Part shown: positions 41,235 to 52,580 of the stretch, in pieces | Numbering within the stretch: the stretch's first letter is position 1 | Layout of the letters: every line of letters begins with the position of its first letter | Program-made: the position numbers and the translations under genes | Assembly (NCBI GenBank): GCA_963707025.1 | Contig: CAVPOM010000002.1 | Span: forward strand, 32,001 to 96,000 | Direction of reading: 5' to 3' | Source: an uncultured Verrucomicrobiae bacterium | Lineage (GTDB): Bacteria > Verrucomicrobiota > Verrucomicrobiia > Limisphaerales > Palsa-1400 | Length of the DNA stretch: 64,000 nucleotides | Notes under the pieces: generated by a model | The model's input: only the letters and a program-made list of their open reading frames with translations | Told to the model about the DNA's origin: nothing | The model's database searches: none

Positions 41235-43017
41235 TCACTCCGGCGCCGGTTTGCGCGGCATCTTCTCCTCCAGCATGGCGGCGTTGTAAACAAAGGCGGC
41301 CAGGATGGTGGCGGCTTGCTTGAGGTCGTCCGCCTGGATGCGGTCGAAGACGTCCTGGTTGGAGTGATGGGTGCGGGTTCCGTATTCGAGGGGGTCTTGA
41401 ATGAATTGGAAGCCGGGCAAACCAATGCTGTCGAACGAAACATGGTCGGTCGAACCGGTGCGGGCGAGGGTGAGGGTTTCGGCGCCCAGGCTGTGGAAGG
41501 GTTCAAACCATTTGGCGAAGATGGGGCGGACGGCTTCGTTCGCTTCCATGTAGATGCCGCGGATTTTGCCCGCGCCGTTGTCCAGGTTGAAATAAGCGGA
41601 GAGCCGGTCGGTACTCGGGGCCGCGGAGGAGAACCGGCGGGGGCGGCCGGTTGGTGGCGGAGGCCCCAGCGGCGGTTTGGGCGCCGCCCGCGGGGAGGAC
41701 GCCGCGCAGACCGCGTCCGCGTCCCCGGCCCGGCGGGGCGTTGGTGCCGTAAGAGCCAAAATGGCTGGCGACATAGGCTTTGGAACCGAGCAGACCTTCT
41801 TCTTCGCCGGTCCAAAGGGCGACGCGGATGGTGCGGCGGGGTTGCAAATGGGCGGCTTGGAGGATGCGCACCGCTTCCATGGCGGCGACGGCGCCGACCC
41901 CATTGTCGGTCGCGCCGGTGGCGGATTGCCAGGAGTCCAGGTGGCCGCCCAGCATGACGATTTGATCCTGCAAGTCCGTGCCGGGAATCTCGGCGATGGT
42001 GTTGCAGGACATCGGGTCCTCGTAGTGATATTTGACCTTCAAATCCACCTCCATTTTTAGTTCGACGCCTTGTTGGAGCATGCGGACCAGGCGGTTGTAA
42101 TCCTCGGCGGCGAGGGTGATTTGCGGGGGCATGGCGGGCGCGCTGACCGAGTAGGCGGCGGGGCCGCGGGTTCCGGTTCCGGCGGAGTTGGTGCCGGGGG
42201 CGGCGGCGCTGGCGACAAAGACGGTTCCGCCGTCGCCGAGCGAGCTTTCATTGACCACCACGCCGACTTTTTCTTGCTGCAAAAATGCGAGAAGGCGGCC
42301 GGGGCTGGGCCGGTTGACGTTGGCTGAGGGCGGTGCTCCCCGGCGGCCGCCGCCGGCGCCCGTCAGGCCGGCCAGGCGGGCGAGGTTGCTCTCGGACTGG
42401 CGTGTGGCGAGCGGTTCAAATCGGGGGAGGAGTTGGCGCATGGGAGACACCAGCACGATGGCGCCCTTCAACCCGCCTTTGTAGGTGTTGAGATTGTTGG
42501 TGGTGACCTCGCCCAGGTAGATGACGCTGGCCGTCAAGGGCCGATCCAGTCCCGGCGACCAGGCTTGGGGACAAGCGATGAGGGGAAAGACCTGCGGCTC
42601 GACGATCTGGGCGGAAAAATGTTTGAGTTCCCAGCCGCGGCCGAAAGGCCCCCACGGCTCGAGATGGGCGTTGGCCAGGCCCCAACTTTCCAGTTTCATG
42701 CGGGTCCATTCATTGGCGCGCCGGGCATTGGGCGAGCCAGTCAGGCGCTGGCCGATGACGTCGGTCAAATAACTCAAAGTGGCCATGGCCTGGGAATGGT
42801 TCAACCCCTCCTCTTTGATCTGCTCGATGGCATCGCTGGAAGCAGGCCGGGCTGGCGGGGCGGCTTGGGCGGCCGGGCTGGCGGCTCCCTGGGCCGGGGC
42901 GAGGGCATTGGGTTCGGCGGGGGCGGCCGGCGGTTTGGTTGTTTGACAGGCGGCCAGGACCAGCGCGGCCAGGAGGCCGATGGCCAAGGCGGTTTTGGCG
43001 GAGAATGATGGTTTCAC
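41235..43017 (-). CDS. M28-family metallopeptidase lipoprotein (carboxypeptidase Q-like); one frameshift near 41610-41710
   Basis: LAAC lipobox, [30 protein letters not shown]-terminus YFNLDNG, STDH.SF, RTHH.NQD in the second frame. Confidence 0.88.
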
Positions 43018-43157
43018 AGGGAGATTTCCTTCCAGACGCTGAGATGGCCAATGGCGGCGAACACGAGGATGGGTTGTAGCAGATAATGAAATTGGCACAA
43101 CAGGTTTTTTCGGGGGAATGGTGAATTTTGAATTGCGAATATGAGAGCGGACCGGGT

Positions 43158-43193
43158 GGGACTTATGGGACTTATGGGACTTATGGGACGGAT
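43158..43193. repeat. 9-bp tandem repeat (GGGACTTAT)3 + GGGACGGAT
   Basis: Read directly; related degenerate array at ~56516-56540. Confidence 0.85.
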
Positions 43194-43250
43194 CAGGCGG
43201 CGCTTTTGGCGGCGGGAAGTGGTCTCCCTTGCCCTGCCCCCCCTGCCCTC

Positions 43251-43311
43251 CTGAACTGAAATTAGCTGAAATCAAGTGAAACTAGGTGAAACCAGGTGAA
43301 ATTAACTGAAA
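43251..43311. repeat. 10-bp periodic array of (C/G)TGAAA, six copies
   Basis: ctgaactgaa attagctgaa atcaagtgaa actaggtgaa accaggtgaa attaactgaa a. Confidence 0.85.
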
Positions 43312-43754
43312 TTTTGGGGCTGGCGGCGCGCCCCGTCCGATTCGCTGTTTCTCAATTTGGGACACGCGCAGGGCTTGGTCGCGGCGGTGGCATCCCCTGC
43401 CCCATCGGTGTCGCGGCTGGCATGTTCCGTCCCGACTAATGTTAAATTAGGGTTCATGGGACTATTAAACCACGGATTTGAAAAAGCGACTGCCCACCGT
43501 GGGTACAAAATCGCATGCCGAACAACGGGGTCTTCGACCCCAATAAAAGCCTTGTCAACACCCGGTCAAAGTGGTTTTGCCCCCAAACAAGTGGATTTGC
43601 AAAAGTGAAAATAGTTTGGGGGAAAGGCGGTTTTGCCTGCCGTGGGGCGCTGATTTTTGACGGAGGAACAGGGGGCGACGGTCATAGACGGCCGCTACAG
43701 GCGGCGGGATTTTGCAGACTCGCGCAATGGCGGGGCGCGGGTTAGGTTGAGGGG

Positions 43755-44201
43755 ATGAGCAGCAAGACGGAAAAAATTGCGGGGATACTGAGGGGGTTGG
43801 AGTTGGCAGAGCCGGAGGAAAAGGGGGTGGACCGGCTTTATGCGGGGTATTTTGAGTGTTTTAACCGGGGGCTTTTTTATGAGGCGCATGAGGTGCTGGA
43901 ATCTCTCTGGCTGGCGCAACGGGGCGGTCCGAACGGGCTTTTTTACAAGGGGCTGATCCAGTTGGCGGGGGCGTTGGTTCATTTGCGCAAGGACCGGCGA
44001 GGGCCGGCGGCGGCGTTGTTGAAGCTGGCGCGGCGGAATTTGCAGGGGTATCCGGCGGCGCATGAGCGGCTGGACGTGCGGGAGGTTTTGGCTCTGATTG
44101 AACGCTGGCTGAACAAACTGGAGCAGGAGGGCGTCAATCCGCTGACGGAAGAGGGGCGGCCGAGGGTGGAGTTGTTGCGGGGGTTGGATCAAAAGGAATA
44201 A
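43755..44201 (+). CDS. DUF309 family protein
   Basis: FN.GLFYEAHEVLE.LW...YKGLIQLA...H. Confidence 0.88.
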   Translation: MSSKTEKIAGILRGLELAEPEEKGVDRLYAGYFECFNRGLFYEAHEVLESLWLAQRGGPNGLFYKGLIQLAGALVHLRKDRRGPAAALLKLARRNLQGYPAAHERLDVREVLALIERWLNKLEQEGVNPLTEEGRPRVELLRGLDQKE

Positions 44202-44902
44202 TGCACGCCGGGGTAGAGCCACTGAATGGCCTGGTGGTAGAGGAGCCGGGCCAGGGGTCCGAAAAGTTGCCAGGCCAGGATCATCCCGACGAAGGAGACT
44301 CCGGGTGAACGCAGCAAGGCGGTGTAACGGGCGGCGGCGGCATCGGAAAGACAGAGGAGCGGCAGGCTGGAGCCGTCGAGGGGAGGCAGGGGGATGAGAT
44401 TGAAGGCGAAGAGAAGGAGGTTGAGATAGAAGAAGACGCTGAGCAGGACGGCGGCCAGTTCGCAGAGGCCGGGGCGATTGGCGGAGACCAGGCGGGTGGC
44501 GTTGCTGATCTGTTCCGGAGCGTTAAACCAACCGAGGTGGAAGCCGAGGCGGATGAGAAGGGCGGCGGACAAGCAGAGGAAGAGGTTGGAGACCGGCCCG
44601 GCCAGGGCCATGAGGGCGGCGCGAGGGGGGTGGCGACGAGCCCATTCCGGGTCGTAGGGCGCGCTGGCCCAACCGATCATCCAGCCGCCCATGATGAAGG
44701 AGAGGATGGGGATAATAACCATGCCCAGAGGTTCGCGGCGGATGTGGGGGACGGGATCCAAGGTGACCTGGCCGCCGCGGCAAGCGGTGTCGTCGCCCAA
44801 CTTTAAGGCGACCACGGCATGGCTGGCTTCGTGCAAGGTGGTGGAGAACAGAAAAGCGAGATACCAGGCGGCGCCGTTGAAGAGGGTGATTTCCGGGGAC
44901 AT
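44189..44902 (-). CDS. Site-2 protease (peptidase M50)
   Basis: HEASH, AGP.SN, FNLIPLPPLDG. Confidence 0.92.
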   Translation of the reverse strand: MSPEITLFNGAAWYLAFLFSTTLHEASHAVVALKLGDDTACRGGQVTLDPVPHIRREPLGMVIIPILSFIMGGWMIGWASAPYDPEWARRHPPRAALMALAGPVSNLFLCLSAALLIRLGFHLGWFNAPEQISNATRLVSANRPGLCELAAVLLSVFFYLNLLLFAFNLIPLPPLDGSSLPLLCLSDAAAARYTALLRSPGVSFVGMILAWQLFGPLARLLYHQAIQWLYPGVHYSF

Positions 44903-44944
44903 GGTTTGAACTGGCCGCCTGGCGGAGGCGGATGGCCAATGGAT

Positions 44945-45874
44945 TTACAGGGCCGGGGTTGGCGGCGGAGGAGAGGCCGGGGGCTTGCGTTGGAAGAATT
45001 TTTTGAAAAAGGCGGCGACGGCGATGAGGCCGATGATGATGAATTTCTTGGCGGCGAGGATCGCGACCAAAAGGATTTTGAAAAAGCCGGCCTTGGCGGC
45101 AATGCCGCCCAGGACCAGGGCGGCCAGGCCATAGGCGGCGACTTTGTCGGTGGAGTGGTTGAAATCGGCGTAGCGGTTGCCGTCGGTGAAATCCACCATT
45201 TTGACGACGTCGGGGGTTTGCTGCTGGATTTGGGGGAAGATAGACATGGGAGCGACGGCGTTGAGGACCAGGACGCCGCGACGGCCCAGGACGCGGATGT
45301 TATAGTTGAGGGTGTTGTGGGTGGAGTCGCCGAAGTGAATTTCCTTGGCCCAATACATTTTGTGGGTGTCCTTGTCATAGACGGGAGGAGTGGCCCAGCC
45401 GATTAACTCGATGGAGGGGTAGTGTTGTTCGACGCGGGCCTGGCTGGCCTGGCGCGTGGCCTTCTGCATTTGTTGGAGAAGGCTGGCGTAATCAATCTTG
45501 GTCGCGTCGGAGTCTTTGACGTAGCCATCGTTGTCGTAGGTAATGACGACGGCCCAGGAGGAAGGCGCCAGGACGCTCGTGTCGGCGGGCACAATCATGC
45601 CGAGCGGTTTTGCGCCGGGCGGATTTCCCCAGATTTTGACGAGAACGGTTTCGGCGTCTTCCGGGGACAAATAGCGGAAGGCGTCCGGGAGGGAAATGGC
45701 GGCCAGGCCGTCCTTGAGGGTAATCTTGCCCTGTTGGAAGTGAAGATTGGATTCCAGGGTTTTGAGGGCCAGCAGGCGGGCCAGCAGATTGGTGTCGGTC
45801 TGGGCCGGGGCCGGCAAGGCAAGGCCGGCCAGGATGAAAGCCAGAGCGGCCAGACGGGCGAATCTGGGGGCCAT
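44945..45874 (-). CDS. DUF2167 family membrane-anchored protein
   Basis: WGNPP, DGYVKD.DA, GWATPP.YD, LNYNIRVLGRRG, DKVAAYGLAAL. Confidence 0.88.
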   Translation of the reverse strand: MAPRFARLAALAFILAGLALPAPAQTDTNLLARLLALKTLESNLHFQQGKITLKDGLAAISLPDAFRYLSPEDAETVLVKIWGNPPGAKPLGMIVPADTSVLAPSSWAVVITYDNDGYVKDSDATKIDYASLLQQMQKATRQASQARVEQHYPSIELIGWATPPVYDKDTHKMYWAKEIHFGDSTHNTLNYNIRVLGRRGVLVLNAVAPMSIFPQIQQQTPDVVKMVDFTDGNRYADFNHSTDKVAAYGLAALVLGGIAAKAGFFKILLVAILAAKKFIIIGLIAVAAFFKKFFQRKPPASPPPPTPAL

Positions 45875-45914
45875 GGCGGAGCGGGCCTTAAGGGGGTGGG
45901 ATGGCATGATGAAT

Positions 45915-46463
45915 TCAAGCCGGCATCATGCCGGTTTTGCGGGCGTAATTGAACAGGCCGCCGGCATCCACCACGGCGCGGACATCGCCAAGGGGTTTGA
46001 AGGGAAGGGTTTTGCCGGTCCGGGCAATGGTCAGGGCCGCGTGGTCCAAATCCACGGTGATGACCTCGCCGGTGTGCAAGGCGTCGCAGAGGCGCTCGGG
46101 GCATTCGCAGGGATAAAGCTCGCCAGTGGCCACCGAGTTGCGGAAGAAAATGCGGGCGAAGCTTTCGGCCAGGACGACGTGGCAGCCGGCGGAGCCCAGG
46201 GCGATGGGAGCGTGCTCGCGGGAGCTGCCGCAGCCGAAATTGCGGCCGGCCACGACGATGGGATAGCCGCTTGGGAGCTGGCCATCCGTGATGAAGCGGA
46301 CCGGGTAAAGGGAGTCGGGCAAACCGGCGAAGGCGTGGCTGCCCAGTTTCCTGTATTCGGCCGGGATGGTGGGGACCAGGTTGAGGTATTGCGCGGAGAT
46401 GATTTGGTCGGTGTCAATGTTGTCGCGCACGACGTAAACGGGGCCGGTAAAAACAGATTGCAT
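45915..46463 (-). CDS. leuD: 3-isopropylmalate dehydratase small subunit
   Basis: [33 protein letters not shown]. Confidence 0.9.
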   Translation of the reverse strand: MQSVFTGPVYVVRDNIDTDQIISAQYLNLVPTIPAEYRKLGSHAFAGLPDSLYPVRFITDGQLPSGYPIVVAGRNFGCGSSREHAPIALGSAGCHVVLAESFARIFFRNSVATGELYPCECPERLCDALHTGEVITVDLDHAALTIARTGKTLPFKPLGDVRAVVDAGGLFNYARKTGMMPA

Positions 46464-46536
46464 GGGGGAAGTGTGCCGGAAGGGGGCGGAAACTCAAGGA
46501 TGTTGTTGAGGGATGGGACTGATCGAAGCCGCCTTT

Positions 46537-46654
46537 CCATGAACCCTCACCTCACCCCAACCCTCTCCCCTCCCATCGGATGGGAGCGGAGAGGGAACAG
46601 GAGACGGCCACAAATTATTCCACGGAGGTTTGTCGAGCAGCGGCAGGTTCATAG
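46537..46654. repeat. REP-like element
   Basis: CCATGAACC...GGTTCATAG ends enclosing the hairpin CCCTCTCC.CTCCCATC.GATGGGAG.GGAGAGGG; same family as 26418, opposite orientation. Confidence 0.7.
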
Positions 46655-46737
46655 TCCCGCTGCACGCTTTGATGAGAATGAAGGCAGATATTAATCCTCC
46701 TCCACCCCTCTCCAAAGTAAAAATGAAACCTGTAAAA

Positions 46738-47586
46738 CTAGCGGCGCTTGCCGTGCCAAAAATCAACAATCTCTTTCCATTCCCCCGGCGTCCGTTGCGT
46801 CACCGTCCCATGATTGGCCTCGGGAAGCTCCCAGATTCGTTTTGGTCCGGCATACCCTTCATAGAGACGCCGGCCAAATTTCTCCGGCACAACCTTGTCC
46901 ATCCCCCCCACAAATATACCCACCGGTCCCTGATACCGACGCAAATAATCTTCCGATGGAAACTTTTCCACCAGCAGCCAATTGACCGGCAGGATGCGAA
47001 CATGATACTGCGCCACGTCCGCCAGCCGGTTATAGGGCGCGAACAAAACCACCCCCGCCACCTTCCCGGGATAAGTTCCAGCAAGATACGCCGCGACCCC
47101 CGTGCCCAGCGATTCGCCCACCAGATATACCGGCCCGTTCGTCCCGAGCAGCCGCAATCCCTCGTCCGCCGCGCGAAACAAACTGTCTTGGCTCGGCTCC
47201 CCCGGCCGATCCGCATACCCCGGATACTCCAGGATGAACACATCCAGCGCCGCAGCCTTTTGGATCACATCAGCGTAGCGTGCGCAACCGGTCGCGCAAC
47301 TGCCATTGCCATAGACCAGCATGACCCGGCCCTCCGCCGGCTGGGTCGGCGACAACCGTTTCATCCCCACCGCTTCGCCGGCAGGATTCTTCCAACGTTC
47401 CAGCTTGGCGGCTTTGGCAAAATCATCCACCTGTTTGGCCGTGAACACAGGGGGAAAATAAATAAGCCGGCGTTGCCAGGAGGCGCAACCCACACAGGCC
47501 GCCAAGTAGAGCGCGGCACAAATGAAGAGAGGCAGCCGAAGACGTTTTCCCAGGGCCGGCTTCGAGCCTTCGCATGATTGGCTCAT
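46738..47586 (-). CDS. Alpha/beta hydrolase (ABHD13/BEM46-like)
   Basis: YGNG, EYPGY, GESLGTG nucleophile elbow, D.VVP, NH. Confidence 0.88.
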   Translation of the reverse strand: MSQSCEGSKPALGKRLRLPLFICAALYLAACVGCASWQRRLIYFPPVFTAKQVDDFAKAAKLERWKNPAGEAVGMKRLSPTQPAEGRVMLVYGNGSCATGCARYADVIQKAAALDVFILEYPGYADRPGEPSQDSLFRAADEGLRLLGTNGPVYLVGESLGTGVAAYLAGTYPGKVAGVVLFAPYNRLADVAQYHVRILPVNWLLVEKFPSEDYLRRYQGPVGIFVGGMDKVVPEKFGRRLYEGYAGPKRIWELPEANHGTVTQRTPGEWKEIVDFWHGKRR

Positions 47587-47640
47587 GAGGGCCACTATAG
47601 CAGGAACCGAATTCCCTGCACAATTGCCATCCGGGGGCCG

Positions 47641-48741
47641 TTATTTTGGCGGGGTGGCCAGCCAGGACTGCAATTGGCGGTGGCGCTCGGGGAGAGGGAG
47701 TTTGGCCAGGCGGGCGACGGCCTGGTAAAAATGTTCCAGGTCGCCGGCGTTGGCGTGGAGGAGGGCGTCGAAGGCGGGCAGGAGGTCGTAGTAGGCGGAG
47801 ACGGTGTCGAGCTTGGCGTTGTTGATGGGTTCGGCGAACCAATCATCGAAAGGGGATTGGCCGCCCCAGGAGGCTTTCAGCTCGGAGTGCCTGGCGCGGA
47901 GTTGGGCGATGATGTCCTGTTTGCGGGAGAGTTTGGCGGTGTCGGATAAATTGGGGTTGTCATAGAGGGCCTGCAATTGGCCGCGGGCGGCCACGATCAG
48001 GTCAACGAATTGATGGTCCTTGGCCAAACCGGCGCAGTAATGGTCGTAGGCCTGGGGCGGGGAGCCGGCCAGAAGCCAGCGGCGCACGCCCTCGGAAGCC
48101 ACGGCGGTGGCGAAGGCTTCATTGAAGTCGGTGTCGCCGGGGACAAAGAGGCGGCGGTGAGTCAGTTCGTGGAAAATAATTTCCGCGAGATAGGAGTCGG
48201 GTTCGTTTACGAAGGTGTTGAGAATGGGGTCTTTGAACCAGCCGAGGGTGGAGTAGGTTTCGATGCCGTCCACATAGACATCCCAGCCTTCTTTGGCAAA
48301 GGCCGCGGCATAACGGCGGGCGGGCGCTTCGTGGAAATAGCCGCGGTAGCTGGCGCGGCCGATGATGGGGAACCACCAGGTCTTGGGTTCGAGGGAAAGG
48401 GCGGGAGCGATGTTGACGTTCCAGACGACGAAGGGGCGGTGGAGGTCGGTGTATTTGAGGTAGCTTTGGCCGGCGGGGAGGTGGAGTTGTTGGGCGGCGA
48501 ATTGGCGGATTTGGAGGATGGTCTCGAATTTGGTTTTGAGCGGGGCCGGTGTTTTTGGATCGGTGAGGAGCTTGGGGATGGATTGACGATGGAGGAGGAT
48601 TTGGCACTGGCCGGCCACGGCCTGCGGGTAGTAGCAGAGGGTCTGGCAGCCGGAAAGGGCGGCGGCCAGCAAGGCGCCGGCCAGCCCGCCAAGGCAACGG
48701 CGGAGAGTGGACCGGCGCGAACGGAACGGGGTGGGATCCAA
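47641..48741 (-). CDS. Putative zinc aminopeptidase lipoprotein
   Basis: LSGC lipobox, W.FP..G...YRGYF, YSTLGWF.DP, IFHELTH, DTDFNEAFAT, NNA; start approximate (TTG). Confidence 0.85.
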   Translation of the reverse strand: MDPTPFRSRRSTLRRCLGGLAGALLAAALSGCQTLCYYPQAVAGQCQILLHRQSIPKLLTDPKTPAPLKTKFETILQIRQFAAQQLHLPAGQSYLKYTDLHRPFVVWNVNIAPALSLEPKTWWFPIIGRASYRGYFHEAPARRYAAAFAKEGWDVYVDGIETYSTLGWFKDPILNTFVNEPDSYLAEIIFHELTHRRLFVPGDTDFNEAFATAVASEGVRRWLLAGSPPQAYDHYCAGLAKDHQFVDLIVAARGQLQALYDNPNLSDTAKLSRKQDIIAQLRARHSELKASWGGQSPFDDWFAEPINNAKLDTVSAYYDLLPAFDALLHANAGDLEHFYQAVARLAKLPLPERHRQLQSWLATPPK

Positions 48742-48743
48742 GT

Positions 48744-49661
48744 TCAGTTGACGCCCAGGGCTTTCTTTACGGCCGGCTCCAAGGCTGGGCCGCGGATGGC
48801 CTCGCCTTTGGCGATGATTTTGCCGGAGGCATCGAGGAGGAAGGCAGCGGGGATGCTCTGGATGCCATATTTGACAGCCAACTGATTGGTCCAGTATTGG
48901 CCGTCGAAGTATTGGCGCCAGGGCATGTTGTGCTCCTTGGTGAAGCTGATCAATTTGTCCTTGTCGCCCTCGCGATCGAGGCTGATGCCGATGATCTCGA
49001 AGCCCTTGTCGTGATACTTCTGGTAAACGGCGGCAACATTGGGGACTTCCCCGACGCAGGGGCCGCACCAAGTGGCCCAGAAATCAAGCATGACCACCTT
49101 GCCCTTGTAATTGGCGATGGCGAGCGGCTTGCCGTCCAGGTCCTTGACATCGAAATCGGGGAAGGTGGCTTGGATGGCAAGGGAGTCCTGAATTTTTCTG
49201 GCCTCTGCGCCCTTCTTGATGCTGGCGAGCATTTGGCCGGCCTTTTTGGCCGACGCGGAATCGGGGAAGTCGCGCTGGAGTTGCATGAGCATCTCGGTGG
49301 CTTTGTCGGACTGCTTGAAAACGACTTGGTAAAGCGCGGCCTTCATGAAAGCAATGTTGGCCACGTCGTCGTTGGTTTCGCCTTTGTGCTTGGCCAGGAG
49401 GGCGTCGAACTGCTTGAGGTGGTCGGCCTGGTCGGCTTCGGCGAGCTTGCCCTCTCTCAGGCTGGCGTTGATGCTGGCGAGCAAGTCCTTCATTTCGGCG
49501 GCGGCGGTGCTGGGGGCGGCGGGCGGTGGAGTTGCGCTTTGCGCCGGGGTTTCGGTTTGCTGCCATTCGGTCGCCGCAGGGCCGGGATCGGCGGCGCGGA
49601 CGCGAAAAGCAGGAAGGAAAAGGGCGGCGGCGGCCAGTATGAGGAGCGGTCTGTATTTCAT
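48744..49661 (-). CDS. TlpA/ResA-family thiol-disulfide oxidoreductase
   Basis: Signal peptide; GKVVMLDFWATWCGPC; YGIQSIP. Confidence 0.92.
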   Translation of the reverse strand: MKYRPLLILAAAALFLPAFRVRAADPGPAATEWQQTETPAQSATPPPAAPSTAAAEMKDLLASINASLREGKLAEADQADHLKQFDALLAKHKGETNDDVANIAFMKAALYQVVFKQSDKATEMLMQLQRDFPDSASAKKAGQMLASIKKGAEARKIQDSLAIQATFPDFDVKDLDGKPLAIANYKGKVVMLDFWATWCGPCVGEVPNVAAVYQKYHDKGFEIIGISLDREGDKDKLISFTKEHNMPWRQYFDGQYWTNQLAVKYGIQSIPAAFLLDASGKIIAKGEAIRGPALEPAVKKALGVN

Positions 49662-49838
49662 AAAAGATCCTTGGCTTAAATCGTTTTGAAAATATTCAAC
49701 GAAGGAACAAAGCATGAGGCGGGGCGGATAGCAAGTCTGATTGTCGCATTAGAGATTAGGAGGCGGAAACGGCTGCTGAGAGGATTGACATGCTCCCTGG
49801 GTCGGTTTGCGAAGGCGCAAGGCGGCGGCGTGGAAGGG

Positions 49839-50345
49839 TCAGGGCTTGGCGACCCGGAGGACGGCGCCCAGAAGTTCCACGGGCACCCGCTCGGTGTGGC
49901 GGCCGGCGGGTTTGGCGGCAGGGATGGGCGGGACCAGAAGGTCCACTTCGCCGCCATCCAGGCCCAGATGGCCGTCGCGCGGCTCGCAGCAGGATTGCAT
50001 CTCATTCCAGATAGTCTTGACGGACTCGGGAGCGTGCTCGGGCTTGGCGTGGCTGGCCCAGGTGAAAATCTCGATAAACCGGGTCTGGCCGCCGCTTTCC
50101 TTGTCGCGGATAATCACGTGGGGTTGGGCGGCGGAAACCATGCCCTCCTTTTGATAGATGGCCCAGGCGCGCGCCAGGGCGTTTTGCAGTTGCGTTTCCT
50201 GGCCGGCTTTGACGTGATAGGTGACAATGACCGTTTCCGGGGGATCGGGCTTGACCGGCGGAGTGCGCTGGGAATGGCGGCCGGAGGTGGAACAGGCGGT
50301 CCATGAGACGAGCAAAAGGGCGAAGAGGAGCGGGGCAATTTTCAT
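49839..50345 (-). CDS. Hypothetical lipoprotein
   Basis: MK + hydrophobic stretch + TAC; co-oriented with neighbours. Confidence 0.65.
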   Translation of the reverse strand: MKIAPLLFALLLVSWTACSTSGRHSQRTPPVKPDPPETVIVTYHVKAGQETQLQNALARAWAIYQKEGMVSAAQPHVIIRDKESGGQTRFIEIFTWASHAKPEHAPESVKTIWNEMQSCCEPRDGHLGLDGGEVDLLVPPIPAAKPAGRHTERVPVELLGAVLRVAKP

Positions 50346-50492
50346 AAGGGTGGTGCAATGGCCATAATGTCAACGGCGCCTACGAGGGAAAAGAAAGGGC
50401 CAGATGGGAGAGGAGGCAAGGAAAAAGTGGCGGACATGGGCATGGCACAATCACTGGCTTGATAAACTGATGGCAAAGGATAGACTCAAACC

Positions 50493-50732
50493 ATGATAAC
50501 GGCATTGGAACTCAAGGAACGCATGGATATGCACCCGTTCAAGCCATTCCGCATTTGCATGTCCGACGGCAAGACCTACGACATCACCAATCACGATATG
50601 ATGTTTGTCAAGCGAAATGCGGTCCTCATCGGAATGGAGCTTGACAGCCACTCCATCGCGGAACGTTTGGTAGAATGCGCCCTGCTTCATATCACCCGGG
50701 TTGAGGACATGCCGACGGCGCAAGCCGCCTGA
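50493..50732 (+). CDS. Small hypothetical protein
   Basis: PFKPFRI.MSDG.TY.I..HD pattern recalled from PVC-group small proteins; fills the intergenic gap. Confidence 0.7.
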   Translation: MITALELKERMDMHPFKPFRICMSDGKTYDITNHDMMFVKRNAVLIGMELDSHSIAERLVECALLHITRVEDMPTAQAA

Positions 50733-50756
50733 GGATCCGTTCCTGGCGGTTGGGCT

Positions 50757-52580
50757 TCATGTTTTTTGGGACTCCTTGGCCCAGGTGTCTTTGAGAGTGA
50801 TGGTGCGGTTGAAAATGAGATGGCCGGGGGCGCTCTCCTTGTCCAAAACGAAGTAGGCCAGGCGCTCAAATTGATAGCGCAATTCCGGCCTGGCGTCCTG
50901 CAAACTTGGCTCGCATTTGGCGGTGACGACTTCCAGGGAGCGCGGGTTGAGGTGTTGCTTAAAATCCCCGGCGGCGTCGGGTTCGGGCACGGTGAAGAGC
51001 CGGTCGTAAAGACGGACCTGGGCGTCGGCGGCATGGGCGGCGCTGACCCAGTGGATGGTGCCTTTGACTTTGCGGGCGGCGTTGGGGCCGCCGGTGCGGC
51101 TGTCGAAGTCGGCGGTGCAATGGAGTCGGGCGATGTGGCCGGCGGTGTCTTTCACCACCTCATCGCACTTAATGATAAAGCCGTATTTGAGGCGGACTTC
51201 GCCGCCGGGTTTGAGGCGGAAGAATTTGGGGGGCGGCGCCTCCATGAAATCGTCCCGCTCGATGAACAGTTCGCGGCTGAAGGGGATTTTGCGCGTGCCG
51301 GCGCCTGGGTCCTGCGGATTGTTGACAGCATCGAGCTCCTCCACTTTGCCCGCGGGAAAATTGGTGATGATGACCTGGAGGGGCCGCAGCACGGCCAGGC
51401 GGCGCAGGGCCCGCTGGTTCAAGTCCTCGCGGATGGCGTGCTCCAGGACGGCGACATCGGTGATGCCGTTGTATTTGGTGATGCCGATGTGGTAGGCGAA
51501 ATGGCGCAGGGCTTCGGGGGTGACGCCGCGGCGGCGCAGCCCGGAGATGGTGGGCAGGCGGGGATCGTCCCAGCCGGTGACAATTTTCTCGTTGACAAGT
51601 TGGAGGAGCTTGCGCTTGCTCATGACGGTGTAGCCCAGGCTGAGGCGGGCGAACTCGTATTGATGGGGGAGCGGCCGGGGGAGATCCAGGCATTGCAGGA
51701 ACCAATCGTAGAGGGGGCGGTGGACTTCAAATTCCAGGGTGCAGATGCTGTGGGTGATGCCTTCCAGGTAGTCGCTCAGGCAATGGGCGAAATCGTACAT
51801 GGGATAGATGCACCATTGCCCGCCGGTGTGATGATGCTCGGCGTGGCGGATGCGGTAGATGACGGGGTCGCGCAGCCAGATATTCGGGGAGGCCATGTCA
51901 ATTTTGGCGCGCAAGGTGCGGGCGCCGTCGGGGAATTCGCCGTTCTTCATGCGCTGCAGGAGGTCCAGGTTTTCCGCGACGGGACGGTCGCGAAAGGGGC
52001 TGTCCTTGCCGGGGCGGTCGGGGGAGCCGCGGTACTGGTCGGTGTCGCCGGGGGAGAGATCGCAGATGTAGGCCTTGCCTTTTTTGACCAGGGTGACGGC
52101 GTAGTCGTAGAGTTGGTCGAAATAGTCGGAGGCGTAGAAAGGCTCGCAAATTGCGGATTGTCCCGATTTATCGGGAGGGATTGGGGATGGCAGGACTGGC
52201 GGAAGATAGAAGTCGGGTTTCCCGTTGCTGGTGATGGGTTCGGGCGTTTTGCCTTTTGGTTTCAGGCCCAACCGGTCGCCCGCCCAACCGCCGATGAGCC
52301 AGTTGACGTCCTGCTGGATGGAGTCCACGTATTCCACGTCTTCCTTGGTGGGATTGGTGTCGTCCAGGCGGAGGTTGCAGACGCCGCCAAATTCGCGGGC
52401 GATGCCGAAGTTGAGGCAGATGGATTTGGCGTGGCCGATGTGGAGCCAGCCATTGGGCTCGGGCGGAAAGCGGGTGTGGATTTGGGCATAACGCTTCTCC
52501 GCCAGATGGGCGGCGACGATGTCGCGAATGAAATCGGCCGGGGCGTCCGGCGGGGCTTTTTCCGGATTTGGCGTGGTCAT
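50757..52580 (-). CDS. glnS: Glutamine--tRNA ligase
   Basis: [47 protein letters not shown]. Confidence 0.96.
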   Translation of the reverse strand: MTTPNPEKAPPDAPADFIRDIVAAHLAEKRYAQIHTRFPPEPNGWLHIGHAKSICLNFGIAREFGGVCNLRLDDTNPTKEDVEYVDSIQQDVNWLIGGWAGDRLGLKPKGKTPEPITSNGKPDFYLPPVLPSPIPPDKSGQSAICEPFYASDYFDQLYDYAVTLVKKGKAYICDLSPGDTDQYRGSPDRPGKDSPFRDRPVAENLDLLQRMKNGEFPDGARTLRAKIDMASPNIWLRDPVIYRIRHAEHHHTGGQWCIYPMYDFAHCLSDYLEGITHSICTLEFEVHRPLYDWFLQCLDLPRPLPHQYEFARLSLGYTVMSKRKLLQLVNEKIVTGWDDPRLPTISGLRRRGVTPEALRHFAYHIGITKYNGITDVAVLEHAIREDLNQRALRRLAVLRPLQVIITNFPAGKVEELDAVNNPQDPGAGTRKIPFSRELFIERDDFMEAPPPKFFRLKPGGEVRLKYGFIIKCDEVVKDTAGHIARLHCTADFDSRTGGPNAARKVKGTIHWVSAAHAADAQVRLYDRLFTVPEPDAAGDFKQHLNPRSLEVVTAKCEPSLQDARPELRYQFERLAYFVLDKESAPGHLIFNRTITLKDTWAKESQKT

